Shown: positions 9,127 through 17,652, counted from the stretch's first letter. The stretch: DNA of 44,468 nt from an uncultured Tangfeifania sp. (GCA_964630075.1 CAZVTL010000001.1:3269-47736); one strand, 5' to 3'. Numbers and translations are program-made. The notes: generated by a model not told the origin, from the sequence alone.

Positions 9127-10305
9127 ATGAAAAAACAATTTCCATTATTTGTCGCCATCATACTGGGTGCCATTTTGATGTCATGCAACCAACCAAAACC
9201 TGGTTTTGTTGAAGAAAACATCCGTTTCGCAACCGCACAGGAAAAGCTCCAGACCGATGTCATTGAAAAATCTGGCAAAGTACTAAACCCCCGCACAGTG
9301 GCCAACGGCAAGGTGAAATACATCCGGATGGAGGACTGGACCAGCGGTTTTTACCCCGGTACCATGTGGTACATGTTCGAACTTACCGGGGATACCACCT
9401 GGAAAACCATCGCAAGAAAGCAGACAGAAGCGATCGATTCTGTCAAATTCCTCACCTGGCACCACGATGTGGGATTCATGATCCAGTGTAGTTTTGGCAA
9501 CGGATTCCGGTTGGGCGAGGAAAGCTACAAGGAGGTCATCATCCAGGCGGCCAAATCCCTCTCCACCAGATTCAGACCGGTTGCAGGGGTCTTCCAGTCG
9601 TGGAACGTCGACAAAGGCTGGCAATCCGAACGGGGATGGGAGTGCCCGGTCATCATCGACAACATGATGAACCTCGAGCTGCTGTTCAATGCTACGCGTC
9701 TTTCGGGAGATTCCTCTTTCTACAAACTGGCGGTAAGTCATGCGGATCAAACCATCAAAAGCCATTACCGGCCCGATTACAGCAGTTACCATGTGGTGGA
9801 CTACAGCCTGACCGATGGAACTGTCCGCAACCGCCACACCGCCCAGGGCTATGCGCACGAATCAGCCTGGGCACGGGGCCAGGCCTGGGGAATCTATGGT
9901 TTCACCGTCTGCTACCGCGAAACCCAGGATCCAAAATACCTGCAGCAGGCGCAGAAAGCATTTGAATTTGTGGTCCACCACAAGAACTTCCCGGCCGATT
10001 TTGTTCCATACTGGGATTTCGATGCACCCAAAATACCAGACGAACCCCGCGACGCATCTGCCGCTGCCATCATGGCCTCTGCCCTTTATGAGCTTTCGGG
10101 CTACGGAAATGGGGAATACTACCGTGGATGGGCCGACAAAATCATGAAGAGCCTGGGCAGTCCAGCCTACAGGGCCAAACTGGGTGAAAACGGCAATTTC
10201 CTGCTGATGCATTCCGTTGGCAGCATACCGCATGGTGCGGAAATCGATGTGCCCCTCAACTATGCCGACTACTATTTCCTGGAGGCATTGTTAAGATCAA
10301 AATAG
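9127..10305 (+). CDS. ugl: GH88 unsaturated glucuronyl hydrolase, lipoprotein
   Basis: Lipobox AILMSC. GH88 blocks DWTSGFYPGTMWYMFE, WHHDVGFM, VIIDNMMNLELLF and AWARGQAWGIYGF are present. Confidence 0.85.
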   Translation: MKKQFPLFVAIILGAILMSCNQPKPGFVEENIRFATAQEKLQTDVIEKSGKVLNPRTVANGKVKYIRMEDWTSGFYPGTMWYMFELTGDTTWKTIARKQTEAIDSVKFLTWHHDVGFMIQCSFGNGFRLGEESYKEVIIQAAKSLSTRFRPVAGVFQSWNVDKGWQSERGWECPVIIDNMMNLELLFNATRLSGDSSFYKLAVSHADQTIKSHYRPDYSSYHVVDYSLTDGTVRNRHTAQGYAHESAWARGQAWGIYGFTVCYRETQDPKYLQQAQKAFEFVVHHKNFPADFVPYWDFDAPKIPDEPRDASAAAIMASALYELSGYGNGEYYRGWADKIMKSLGSPAYRAKLGENGNFLLMHSVGSIPHGAEIDVPLNYADYYFLEALLRSK

Positions 10306-10343
10306 TTAACTTTGGTTCCATTCAGTTCAGTAAAAAAACAGGG

Positions 10344-10439
10344 TGCCACCAACTCACCAAGACACTAAGGTATCACAAAGCGCTAAATTTTAGACATCTA
10401 ATCTTAGTGAAACCTCAGTGTCTTGGTGACTTGGTGGCA
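10344..10439. repeat. Family-1 palindromic intergenic element (copy A), CACNAAG-unit arms
   Basis: Left arm TGCCACCAACTCACCAAGACACTAAGGTATCACAAAG (10344-10380). The reverse complement of the right arm (10403-10439) is TGCCACCAAGTCACCAAGACACTGAGGTTTCACTAAG, matching 33/37. The loop is 22 nt. It lies 3' of the GH88 gene. Confidence 0.85.
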
Positions 10440-10477
10440 AAATAAACTATAACAAACAGAAATTTAACCCAAAAGCT

Positions 10478-11140
10478 ATGCAACAACCCCACACATTAAC
10501 GGACAACAACTCTCCCTTTATCCAGACCAACTCCGCAGCCATCCGGATCTGGCACTGGCTTACCTTTCTGTTTGTAATCGCCTTGATGATAACAGTCCTG
10601 CTGGAATCCACCGTTTTAAACCAAAGAGAAAACATTCCGGTAGTCCAGGCCGAGTTGCAGAAAAAAGGTGTAACCGTCGACAACAACCAGGCGCTGGTAG
10701 TGTCGCATCTTTATGCCGAAAAGATATGGGACCTCCACAAACTACTGGGGTATGCCCTCACCTTCCTGGTCCTTTCCAGAATAGTCATTGAAGTGACACA
10801 AAAAAAAGAGGAGGGAATGAAATTCAGGTTTGAAAATGCACTTCAGGGGCTTCAGCAATCGGGAGACAACAATAAGGATCTGCTGCACTACCTGTTGGTA
10901 AGAATAAGTTATTCAGGCTTTTATCTGGTCTTGTTGGCGATGGCGACGACGGGCATGCTTATTGCCTTTGGATCAGACCTTGGAATTTCCGGTCCGGTCA
11001 GGCATACCATCAAAGAGGTTCATGGTATTTTCCAGTACCTGATCTATGCTTTTGTCGCCTTCCACCTCATTGGAGTAATTCTGGCCGAACTCAAAAAAGC
11101 CAAAGGCATCGTTTCCGGCATGATCAATGGCGGGAAATAA
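10478..11140 (+). CDS. Cytochrome b561/b-type membrane protein (Ni/Fe-hydrogenase b-type cytochrome subunit-like)
   Basis: About four TM segments. IRIWHWLTFLFVIALMITV and VHGIFQYLIYAFVAFHLIGV carry conserved-position His residues typical of bacterial cytochrome b561-family proteins. Confidence 0.6.
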   Translation: MQQPHTLTDNNSPFIQTNSAAIRIWHWLTFLFVIALMITVLLESTVLNQRENIPVVQAELQKKGVTVDNNQALVVSHLYAEKIWDLHKLLGYALTFLVLSRIVIEVTQKKEEGMKFRFENALQGLQQSGDNNKDLLHYLLVRISYSGFYLVLLAMATTGMLIAFGSDLGISGPVRHTIKEVHGIFQYLIYAFVAFHLIGVILAELKKAKGIVSGMINGGK

Positions 11141-11156
11141 TATTTCTAGCTATTTT

Positions 11157-11195
11157 TCTCTGTGTCTCTCTGTGCTTCTCCGTGAAACTCTGTGT
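11157..11195. repeat. Family-2 CACRGAG-unit array (solo arm)
   Basis: TTCTCTGTG TCTCTCTGTG CTTCTCCGTG AAACTCTGTG, with GTG ending at 11164, 11174, 11184 and 11194 (exact 10-nt period). No complementary arm is nearby. It lies between convergent 3' ends. Confidence 0.7.
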
Positions 11196-11265
11196 AATAT
11201 TTACTCGACCGTTAAAGCTGATACTGTGACCTTCCAAAATCGAAAATTATAATCTTGCCTAACTT

Positions 11266-13842
11266 TTACTGATTCACATAAAAGTACCTGATCCTGCAAG
11301 CAGTCCCCTTGCTTTGCGGATTCTTCTCCGCCAAAACCCGGATCTTCAAATGGTGGTTGCCGGGTTTTAAGTTGTAGCCCAGAGTGTAAAACCAGGGCAG
11401 GTGCAGCTGTGAGCTCCAGGATGTAAAAAGATCTTGCTTCTGCCAGTCGCCCTTGTCGATGCGGTATTCGATCGTTCCTGCATCCAACCCCGCAGCCACG
11501 GCGATTCCTATCGCGTTGCCCTGAAATTCAAAGTTCAACATCCCGGCAGGGGTCTCTGCCACCAACATTGGCACATTCACGAAATCGGGCCGGGTACCTG
11601 TCTTGTCTGCAGGTTTCCAGCTGGGATCCACCTTCCATCCCTTCGCCGGCTTAAGCGCTGTTGCAGGGATCAGCTTCCCTTTGTTGTAACATCCCTCTGC
11701 CAACTTACCAGGAAGGTTGTAGGCCGTCACTTTGTCGTCTTCGGCGACATATCCGCTCCAGCAAAAATCGAGGAACGACTTCATGGAGCTGAAATAGATA
11801 TGGTGGCCAAAAGGCGATGGATGCAAATTCTTGAAATCCTTTTCCCAGCTAAACTCCCCATTGTCGATCCGTTCCGTCACCTCTTTGGCCAGGTTGATGG
11901 TAGAAACGCCATAGTGGGCAGCAACCTTTTCGTGGTTAATTATCTCGGTAGGAACAACTCCTTTCCGGTACTCCGCCATCTTTTCGGGATCGACAAAGTG
12001 CATTACCACAACATCCATGGCCGGATTTGATTCACGCCCGTGCCGCACGATCCCCTCCATACCCAAAACCTGTGTCTCGGTAGAGAATCCGTTGGTCCGG
12101 TCGTTGACAGCAGCCTCTTCAAACAGAAGATCCACCTTTCCTTTGGCCAATACATCCCTCTCGAAGCGGAAGGCTCCTGGTGTCGTTCCCATGGAGGAGA
12201 TGCCCGCAGCAATAAACTCAAATTTCGTATCCGGAAACCGCTGTTGCAGATAGGCACAGATGCTGTCCCGCCAGCCCGTACCCTGGGTGATGGACCCACC
12301 CAGAAAGGCAACCCTTCCCCGCTTCTCCCGTTCAAACACGATTCGGGCATTTTGCAACTTGTTCCGGTAGGCATGATAGTTCCTGCTTTCCAGAGGTATT
12401 GGCACCTGCGGATAGCTGTTCCAAATAAAATCGACTCCGGCCTGTACATTGTCAATCGGAAAGTGGTGCCCCTGAAGGGTCTGCTTACCCGCCGTATTGG
12501 GATAAATCATCGCGGGACCACCCAACCGGATGTAGCGGTCGATTAGCAGAAAACTGTTTTCACTGTTGGGCACAATACTGTCATTTAAACCTATGGAATG
12601 ATAAACAGGAACCTTGGCAGCTGCAAGTTTTTCAAGATTATCCATTGGATTGTCCTTGTAATCAAGCGCCTCTTGCTCATTTTTAAAATTGTAGGCAGCC
12701 TTCAGGAGTCGCCAGGAGGTGGAGTCGCCTTTGGCAGCACCTTTTCCTCCAGGCCAGCTTTTAAAATCACAGACCGGAGCTTCAGCATAGATGCAACTTA
12801 CCTTATCAGGATATTTCTTGGCAAAATTATAGATGTACAACCCACCGCGGCTCACCCCTTCCAGTACTGCCTTTGGGTTCAAACCATATTGAGCCGTAAG
12901 ATATTTGTGGAAATTGTTCCAGATCTCCACGCATTTCGGAGAGCCGAAGAGATAGTCGGTGTTGATATAGACCACATGGAATCCCCTCCTTACCAGGATG
13001 ATGTCCATCTCGTAATGCCAGTCAGGAAAGCGGGCCCGCCAAACCCACGGCTTACCGGGAGCAGCCTTGTCGGGAACAATGATACGGCAATCACGGCGAT
13101 CCAGTTGAAAATCATACCGGGTCAACCCATGCCACTCAGACTTTTTCCCCGGGTACTGCGCATTCACTACCGTGACAGCCTTCCCGGTCAACTCTTTGGC
13201 CATGCAGGCAGCCATCAGTCCGGCACCCTCCGCGTTGGGATGGATCTGGTCCGGGAAGAGTGAACCCTTTCCGGTCAGGGCCGCATAGAGGTCGATTACC
13301 TTCAAACCCTCCTCCCTGGCTAGTTTCTCGACTGAGGGAATCACGCCATGCACCAGGATGGAATCGCTGATCCCCCATCGGCTGGCAAATACGGGTACTG
13401 GTTTGCAGAGGTAAATGACGGGATGCGAAGAGAGTTTCTTCAACTCTTTGACCATGGCGCGGCTATCTGCCAAAAACTCATTGCCATATTTCCAATTTTG
13501 GGGCTTCGTGTCGTTGGTTCCAAGTTTGATGATCACTACATCCGGCAAAAAAGCCTTTGCCTCGGCCCATGCCTCCTCTTTCCAGAAGGGGAAATCCCCC
13601 TTTTTCAACAGGGTGCGACCACTCACCCCGAAATTGCGGACCACCCACTGGTCACCCAGCATCCTGCCAAGTTGGGAAGGGTAGGAGTCCCTTGGCCTGT
13701 CTGGAATACCCGAGCCAAAAGTAATGCTGTTCCCGATACAGGCCACTTTGACAGGAGCACTGTATTTGGCAGGATCGATGGGTTGGGAGAATCCAGCCAG
13801 GCAAAGCAAAACAGACAAAAACAGGAGTGAAATAGGCTTCAT
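11266..13842 (-). CDS. Multidomain carbohydrate esterase: SGNH hydrolase + alpha/beta-hydrolase + SGNH hydrolase
   Basis: Signal peptide MKPISLLFLSVLLCLAGFSQ. Domain 1 has blocks VACIGNSITFGSG, GVSGRT, GTNDT and DQIHPN. The middle domain has nucleophile elbow GVSRGG. Domain 3 has blocks VAFLGGSITQGTGW, AAVNDR and NLHPSPFGH. Confidence 0.75.
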   Translation of the reverse strand: MKPISLLFLSVLLCLAGFSQPIDPAKYSAPVKVACIGNSITFGSGIPDRPRDSYPSQLGRMLGDQWVVRNFGVSGRTLLKKGDFPFWKEEAWAEAKAFLPDVVIIKLGTNDTKPQNWKYGNEFLADSRAMVKELKKLSSHPVIYLCKPVPVFASRWGISDSILVHGVIPSVEKLAREEGLKVIDLYAALTGKGSLFPDQIHPNAEGAGLMAACMAKELTGKAVTVVNAQYPGKKSEWHGLTRYDFQLDRRDCRIIVPDKAAPGKPWVWRARFPDWHYEMDIILVRRGFHVVYINTDYLFGSPKCVEIWNNFHKYLTAQYGLNPKAVLEGVSRGGLYIYNFAKKYPDKVSCIYAEAPVCDFKSWPGGKGAAKGDSTSWRLLKAAYNFKNEQEALDYKDNPMDNLEKLAAAKVPVYHSIGLNDSIVPNSENSFLLIDRYIRLGGPAMIYPNTAGKQTLQGHHFPIDNVQAGVDFIWNSYPQVPIPLESRNYHAYRNKLQNARIVFEREKRGRVAFLGGSITQGTGWRDSICAYLQQRFPDTKFEFIAAGISSMGTTPGAFRFERDVLAKGKVDLLFEEAAVNDRTNGFSTETQVLGMEGIVRHGRESNPAMDVVVMHFVDPEKMAEYRKGVVPTEIINHEKVAAHYGVSTINLAKEVTERIDNGEFSWEKDFKNLHPSPFGHHIYFSSMKSFLDFCWSGYVAEDDKVTAYNLPGKLAEGCYNKGKLIPATALKPAKGWKVDPSWKPADKTGTRPDFVNVPMLVAETPAGMLNFEFQGNAIGIAVAAGLDAGTIEYRIDKGDWQKQDLFTSWSSQLHLPWFYTLGYNLKPGNHHLKIRVLAEKNPQSKGTACRIRYFYVNQ

Positions 13843-14043
13843 GGTTTAATCAATTATGGTGACTGACAAACGGGTGTCAATTTTTCTACAAAATAGGCAA
13901 TAATTGTAATTCTACGGAAGATCAGGCATTGATTTGGAAGATAAATTAGCAGAGGCAAATGTAAAAATCGAACATCCCAAAATTCCAGACATTCTTGTAG
14001 CAGAGGTCAAAAAAATCAATTTTCACTTCATTAAACGTTTTAA

Positions 14044-14051
14044 TATATTTG
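14044..14051 (+). promoter_or_regulatory. Candidate Bacteroidota sigma-A -7 box (TAtaTTTG)
   Basis: Exact TAnnTTTG match 57 nt upstream of ATG 14108, in a divergent intergenic region. This is a motif match only. Confidence 0.3.
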
Positions 14052-14107
14052 AAGTCTATTGATTGATTCAGTGATCAAACATTCGTCAAACCATCAAAAC
14101 CAGCCCC

Positions 14108-15454
14108 ATGAAAAACTGCCTTTCCCTTTTTGATTTCCGAAAGCCCATTCTTTTGTTCTTCCTGTCGACCTTTCTGCTCCATACGATGGCACAGGACAAT
14201 GCCTCTTTTAAGAGCAACTGGCCCTCCTGGCGTGGCCCTTACAACACTGGTGCAGTGACAGGCGGCAATACTCCGGTTGAATTCAGCGAGACAAAGAACC
14301 TGAAGTGGAAGACAGAAATCCCGGGGAAAGGACATGCTACCCCTATCATCTGGGGCAACCAAATCATCGTGCAAACTGCTGTTGCAACAGATAAAAAGGC
14401 GGAAAAAACCGATGCTGCCGCTCCGGCCAGTCCAATGTCACCAACCCAAACCGATCTGATACACCAGTTCAAGGTGATTTCGGTAGACAAGGCTTCCGGC
14501 AAAATAAACTGGCAAACTGTCGTCAAGGAAGAAACGCCGCAGGAACGAACCCATGAATTAGGGAGCTGGGCCTCCAACTCCCCGGTCACGGATGGTGAAA
14601 ACATATATGCCTTTTTTGGTTCACGTGGACTCTACTGCCTCGATCTGAAAGGAAATGTGAAATGGGATCGTGATTTCGGACAGATGGAGATCGTGGCAAG
14701 CTTTGGTGAAGGCAGCTCACCTGCCGTATACAAAGACAAAGTTTATGTTCAATGGGACCACCAGCAGAAATCCTTTCTCTATGCCCTCGACAAGAAAACT
14801 GGCAAGGAGGCCTGGACCGCCGAGCGGGAAGAGATCACCTCCTGGGCTACACCACTGATCGTTGAGGTCAATGGGAAAGCACAGCTGATTACCTGTGCCA
14901 CCAACAAGGTAAGGAGTTATGATGCAGAAACAGGAACCATTATCTGGGAATGCACGGGACTTACCAGAAACATCATCACCAATCCGATGTATGCCGATGG
15001 GATCCTTTACATCATGAGCGGTTTCAGGGGCAACGCACTCAAAGCGATAGACCTCGCCAAGGCAAAAGACAACATCAACGGCACCCCGGCCATCCTGTGG
15101 GAATACAACCAGGATACCCCCTACACCCCAAGTCCGGTCCTGATGGATGGAAAACTCTATTTCCTGAAGGGGAACAACGGGGTGATGACCTGTCTGGATG
15201 CCAAGGATGGCAAAGTACTCTACAGCAACCAGAAACTGGATGGAATCAACAATATATTCTCCTCCCCTACCGGGAACCGCGACAAACTCTACATCGCAGG
15301 TACCAATGTGGTGAATGTGGTGAAAGCCGGTGGCGAATTCTCCATCCTGGCCAAAAATTCACTGGAGGATACCTTTCATGCATCCCCTGTGATCATCGGA
15401 GATCAGCTGTTTCTGAGGGGATTCAAATATTTGTATTGCATTTCGGAGAAATAA
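14108..15454 (+). CDS. PQQ-like/BamB-like beta-propeller repeat protein, secreted
   Basis: Signal peptide ...LLFFLSTFLLHTMAQ. The NWPSWRGPYNTGAV start is typical of this family. Repeated blade motifs are present (G.I.W, DG.LY). It is a paralog of the ORF at 1-642. Confidence 0.7.
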   Translation: MKNCLSLFDFRKPILLFFLSTFLLHTMAQDNASFKSNWPSWRGPYNTGAVTGGNTPVEFSETKNLKWKTEIPGKGHATPIIWGNQIIVQTAVATDKKAEKTDAAAPASPMSPTQTDLIHQFKVISVDKASGKINWQTVVKEETPQERTHELGSWASNSPVTDGENIYAFFGSRGLYCLDLKGNVKWDRDFGQMEIVASFGEGSSPAVYKDKVYVQWDHQQKSFLYALDKKTGKEAWTAEREEITSWATPLIVEVNGKAQLITCATNKVRSYDAETGTIIWECTGLTRNIITNPMYADGILYIMSGFRGNALKAIDLAKAKDNINGTPAILWEYNQDTPYTPSPVLMDGKLYFLKGNNGVMTCLDAKDGKVLYSNQKLDGINNIFSSPTGNRDKLYIAGTNVVNVVKAGGEFSILAKNSLEDTFHASPVIIGDQLFLRGFKYLYCISEK

Positions 15455-15499
15455 TAAAGCTGAATCTTGGTAAGATAGTTAACCTGACAAATACGATTC

Positions 15500-15595
15500 T
15501 GCCACCAAGGCACCAAGCCACGAAGGCTTCACAAAGATTTTAATTCAGTAAGCTGATCCTTTGTGATACCTTCGTGGCTTGGTGCCTTCGTGGCA
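15500..15595. repeat. Family-1 palindromic intergenic element (copy B)
   Basis: Left arm TGCCACCAAGGCACCAAGCCACGAAGGCTTCACAAAG (15500-15536). The reverse complement of the right arm (15559-15595) is TGCCACGAAGGCACCAAGCCACGAAGGTATCACAAAG, matching 34/37. It lies between convergent 3' ends. Confidence 0.85.
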
Positions 15596-15607
15596 TTTTC
15601 AATTCAC

Positions 15608-17491
15608 TCATCTTTCAAGGGGTTCTATCAATATGGCCTCTCCCCCGGACGGCTGCAAGCTAATATTCAGCACCGTTTTGGAATTAACCGCCTGCTTTTT
15701 TATTCCTACATGGGTCCGGGTTTCCGTTTTAGGATCATCGGCATAAATAGTTGCTTCATACTTTTTGGCAGGATCCAGAAAATCCAGCAGAACCTTCAGC
15801 TCCCTGGCCTCTGTATTGGTAATGCTGCCCACAAACCATTGCTCCTTGTGGCGTCTGGCTACCGTGATGTATTTGCCGATCTCACCGTGAACGATTTTGG
15901 TGTCATTCCATGTGGTGGGAAGTTGATCCCAGAAGGCAAGTTCTGGTTCGTTCTGGTAATCGTCGGGCTTATCATACCAGTACATCCACTGCAGCGGACT
16001 GTAATATACTACCGGCAAAGCCAGCTGGTGGGCCGGACTGTTTTTGATGTGCCGGTCGGGATGACCGAACTCCTTCCGGTAAAAATAGCAAAAGGTATAA
16101 TCAGCCGCACCCGCTACAAAGCGGGTAAAGGGCAATATGGTATTGTTGATGGCATCCGGCATCTCCTCATTGCCTCGAATCCCCTCCTGGGTCATCAGGT
16201 TGGGATAGGTACGGCTAAAACCGGTGGGACGATACTCATCGTGGATATCTACCATCAGGTGGTATTTGGCGCACTTTTTCACCGCTTCATGGAGCCAGAC
16301 ACTCCACCTGTGCGAGCCAACCTGTACGAATCCAAATTTGACTCCTGCGACCCCCCACTTCTCGTACAATGGCAAAATAGTATCCAGCTGAGCCGCCAAC
16401 GCGCGCTGGTTGACATAGACGATGACGCCAATGCCTTTGGACTTGGCATATCGGATCGCCTCCTGCAGGTCCAGATCCCCTTTGGGATTTCTGCGTGGAT
16501 CAACGGTAACGGTTGTCGCATCCGACAACGGACTGTTTTCATACCCGTACCAGCCCGCGTCAAAATGTATGTACTGAATCTTCCGGGCCACCGCAAAATC
16601 GACCAACTTTCTGGCACCTGTCGTGGAAAGGGTCACCTCGCGCATCACTTTGCCCGGCTTGATCCAGGATGGGTCTTTGATAGCACAGGGAGGATTCAGA
16701 TTCAGGATCAGGCCATTGTTCGCCAGCAAATCCCCGGCCTTTTCTGCCACCATTACCACCCGCCATGGAGAATTCAGAGGGGCGATCTCATCTACCACTC
16801 CGTACATCGAACTCTGGATAGAGTTTGCCTTGGATGGATTGAGCCGGAACTTGGTTCGGGCATAGTTCACCATTTCTGCCTCTGCCAGGCAGGCAAACAA
16901 TCCATTGGGCAACTCCAGCGTCAGCGGACGGTCCGATTCGTCGGGCCAGTTTTTCAAAGGCAAAAGCTGGTGGAGCGATTGTGCCCTTGGGGTAAACCAC
17001 GCCATCGTATTTTCCTGGAAATTGAACTCCGTCGATTCTCCGGTGATGTGCAGATATGGCCCCCCATTTTCATTCTCTGCGAATCGGTACCGAAAGGCAA
17101 TCCCAGAATCGTAGGCCCTCACCACCAATTGAAGGACCGGATTCTTTCGGTTCTCCCTGTTAATGGCAATGATGGACTCGTTGTAGCAATCCCGCATCCG
17201 GTCGTGTTCACCATATACGGTGGACCAGATAGTATCATGCAACTGGATCGTACCGGGAGTCATCACAAGCTGCTTGTCCCAGTTATCCCCATTGCAACTG
17301 ATGCCCAGCTTTGACCACACGACTACCGGTTTATCCCTGAAATCAATCCGGTATTGCAGGCTGCCGTCGTTTTGCAGGGTGAAGCACAGTTGCCGGTTGG
17401 GAGATTTGATTTCAATGGGGACTGCAGCCTCTACGCTTATAAGGAGTAGATAAAAAAGGCTGAAAAAGAATAATTTAACAATTGTTTTCAT
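15608..17491 (-). CDS. GH97 glycoside hydrolase (alpha-glucosidase/alpha-galactosidase family)
   Basis: Signal peptide MKTIVKLFFFSLFYLLLISVEA. GH97 blocks IQYIHFDAGWYG, GVAGVKFGFV and MVDIHDEYRPTGFSRTYPNLMTQEGIRGNE are present. Confidence 0.85.
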   Translation of the reverse strand: MKTIVKLFFFSLFYLLLISVEAAVPIEIKSPNRQLCFTLQNDGSLQYRIDFRDKPVVVWSKLGISCNGDNWDKQLVMTPGTIQLHDTIWSTVYGEHDRMRDCYNESIIAINRENRKNPVLQLVVRAYDSGIAFRYRFAENENGGPYLHITGESTEFNFQENTMAWFTPRAQSLHQLLPLKNWPDESDRPLTLELPNGLFACLAEAEMVNYARTKFRLNPSKANSIQSSMYGVVDEIAPLNSPWRVVMVAEKAGDLLANNGLILNLNPPCAIKDPSWIKPGKVMREVTLSTTGARKLVDFAVARKIQYIHFDAGWYGYENSPLSDATTVTVDPRRNPKGDLDLQEAIRYAKSKGIGVIVYVNQRALAAQLDTILPLYEKWGVAGVKFGFVQVGSHRWSVWLHEAVKKCAKYHLMVDIHDEYRPTGFSRTYPNLMTQEGIRGNEEMPDAINNTILPFTRFVAGAADYTFCYFYRKEFGHPDRHIKNSPAHQLALPVVYYSPLQWMYWYDKPDDYQNEPELAFWDQLPTTWNDTKIVHGEIGKYITVARRHKEQWFVGSITNTEARELKVLLDFLDPAKKYEATIYADDPKTETRTHVGIKKQAVNSKTVLNISLQPSGGEAILIEPLER

Positions 17492-17542
17492 AAAGATAAT
17501 TAGATGTTTAAGCTATATCCCCACCTTGCAAAATTGGTCAAT

Positions 17543-17637
17543 TGCCACCAGGACACCAAGTCACAAAGGGTCACAAAGTGGTCGTTGAACTTTATCAACT
17601 CTTTGTGAAACCTTAGTGGCTTGGTGTCCTGGTGGCA
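17543..17637. repeat. Family-1 palindromic intergenic element (copy C)
   Basis: Left arm TGCCACCAGGACACCAAGTCACAAAGGGTCACAAAG (17543-17578). The reverse complement of the right arm (17601-17637) is TGCCACCAGGACACCAAGCCACTAAGGTTTCACAAAG. It lies 3' of the ATPase gene and 5' of the GH97 gene. Confidence 0.85.
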
Positions 17638-17652
17638 TAATAATCTATAAAA

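Noticed and set aside
10344-10439. Palindromic elements as tRNA or other classical ncRNA genes
   Set aside because: Each is a single long hairpin with no cloverleaf, no conserved loop sequence between copies and no promoter-like context. I treated them as repeat/terminator-like elements instead.
1173-13263. Other long antisense ORFs (1173-1937, 3403-3990, 6378-7205, 7729-8499, 9283-9858, 12598-13263)
   Set aside because: All are in the codon-aligned antisense frame of well-supported genes, and their offsets are multiples of 3. This is the same codon-bias artefact and there are no motifs. The frame-shifted internal ORFs (for example 20181-20735 inside the MFS gene) were dismissed likewise.
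14108-15454. Annotating the beta-propeller proteins as PQQ-dependent dehydrogenases
   Set aside because: The repeats resemble the PQQ_2/BamB-like class, which generally does not bind PQQ. I saw no quinoprotein active-site signatures or PQQ-biosynthesis genes, so the call stays generic.
15563-17314. 583-codon ORF on the plus strand, entirely antisense to the GH97 gene
   Set aside because: It is codon-aligned with the minus-strand GH97 frame (15608-15563 = 45, divisible by 3). Its stops would therefore require sense TTA/CTA/TCA codons, which this genome block avoids. The translation is low-complexity (G/R/P/I-rich) with no recognisable motif, while the sense strand carries clear GH97 blocks. 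It is a shadow ORF.
1-17491. Calling the first block a canonical polysaccharide utilisation locus (PUL)
   Set aside because: No SusC (TonB-dependent transporter) or SusD-like gene, and no HTCS/ECF-anti-sigma sensor, is present in the window. I therefore describe it only as a CAZyme cluster. A SusC/D pair may lie upstream of nt 1.
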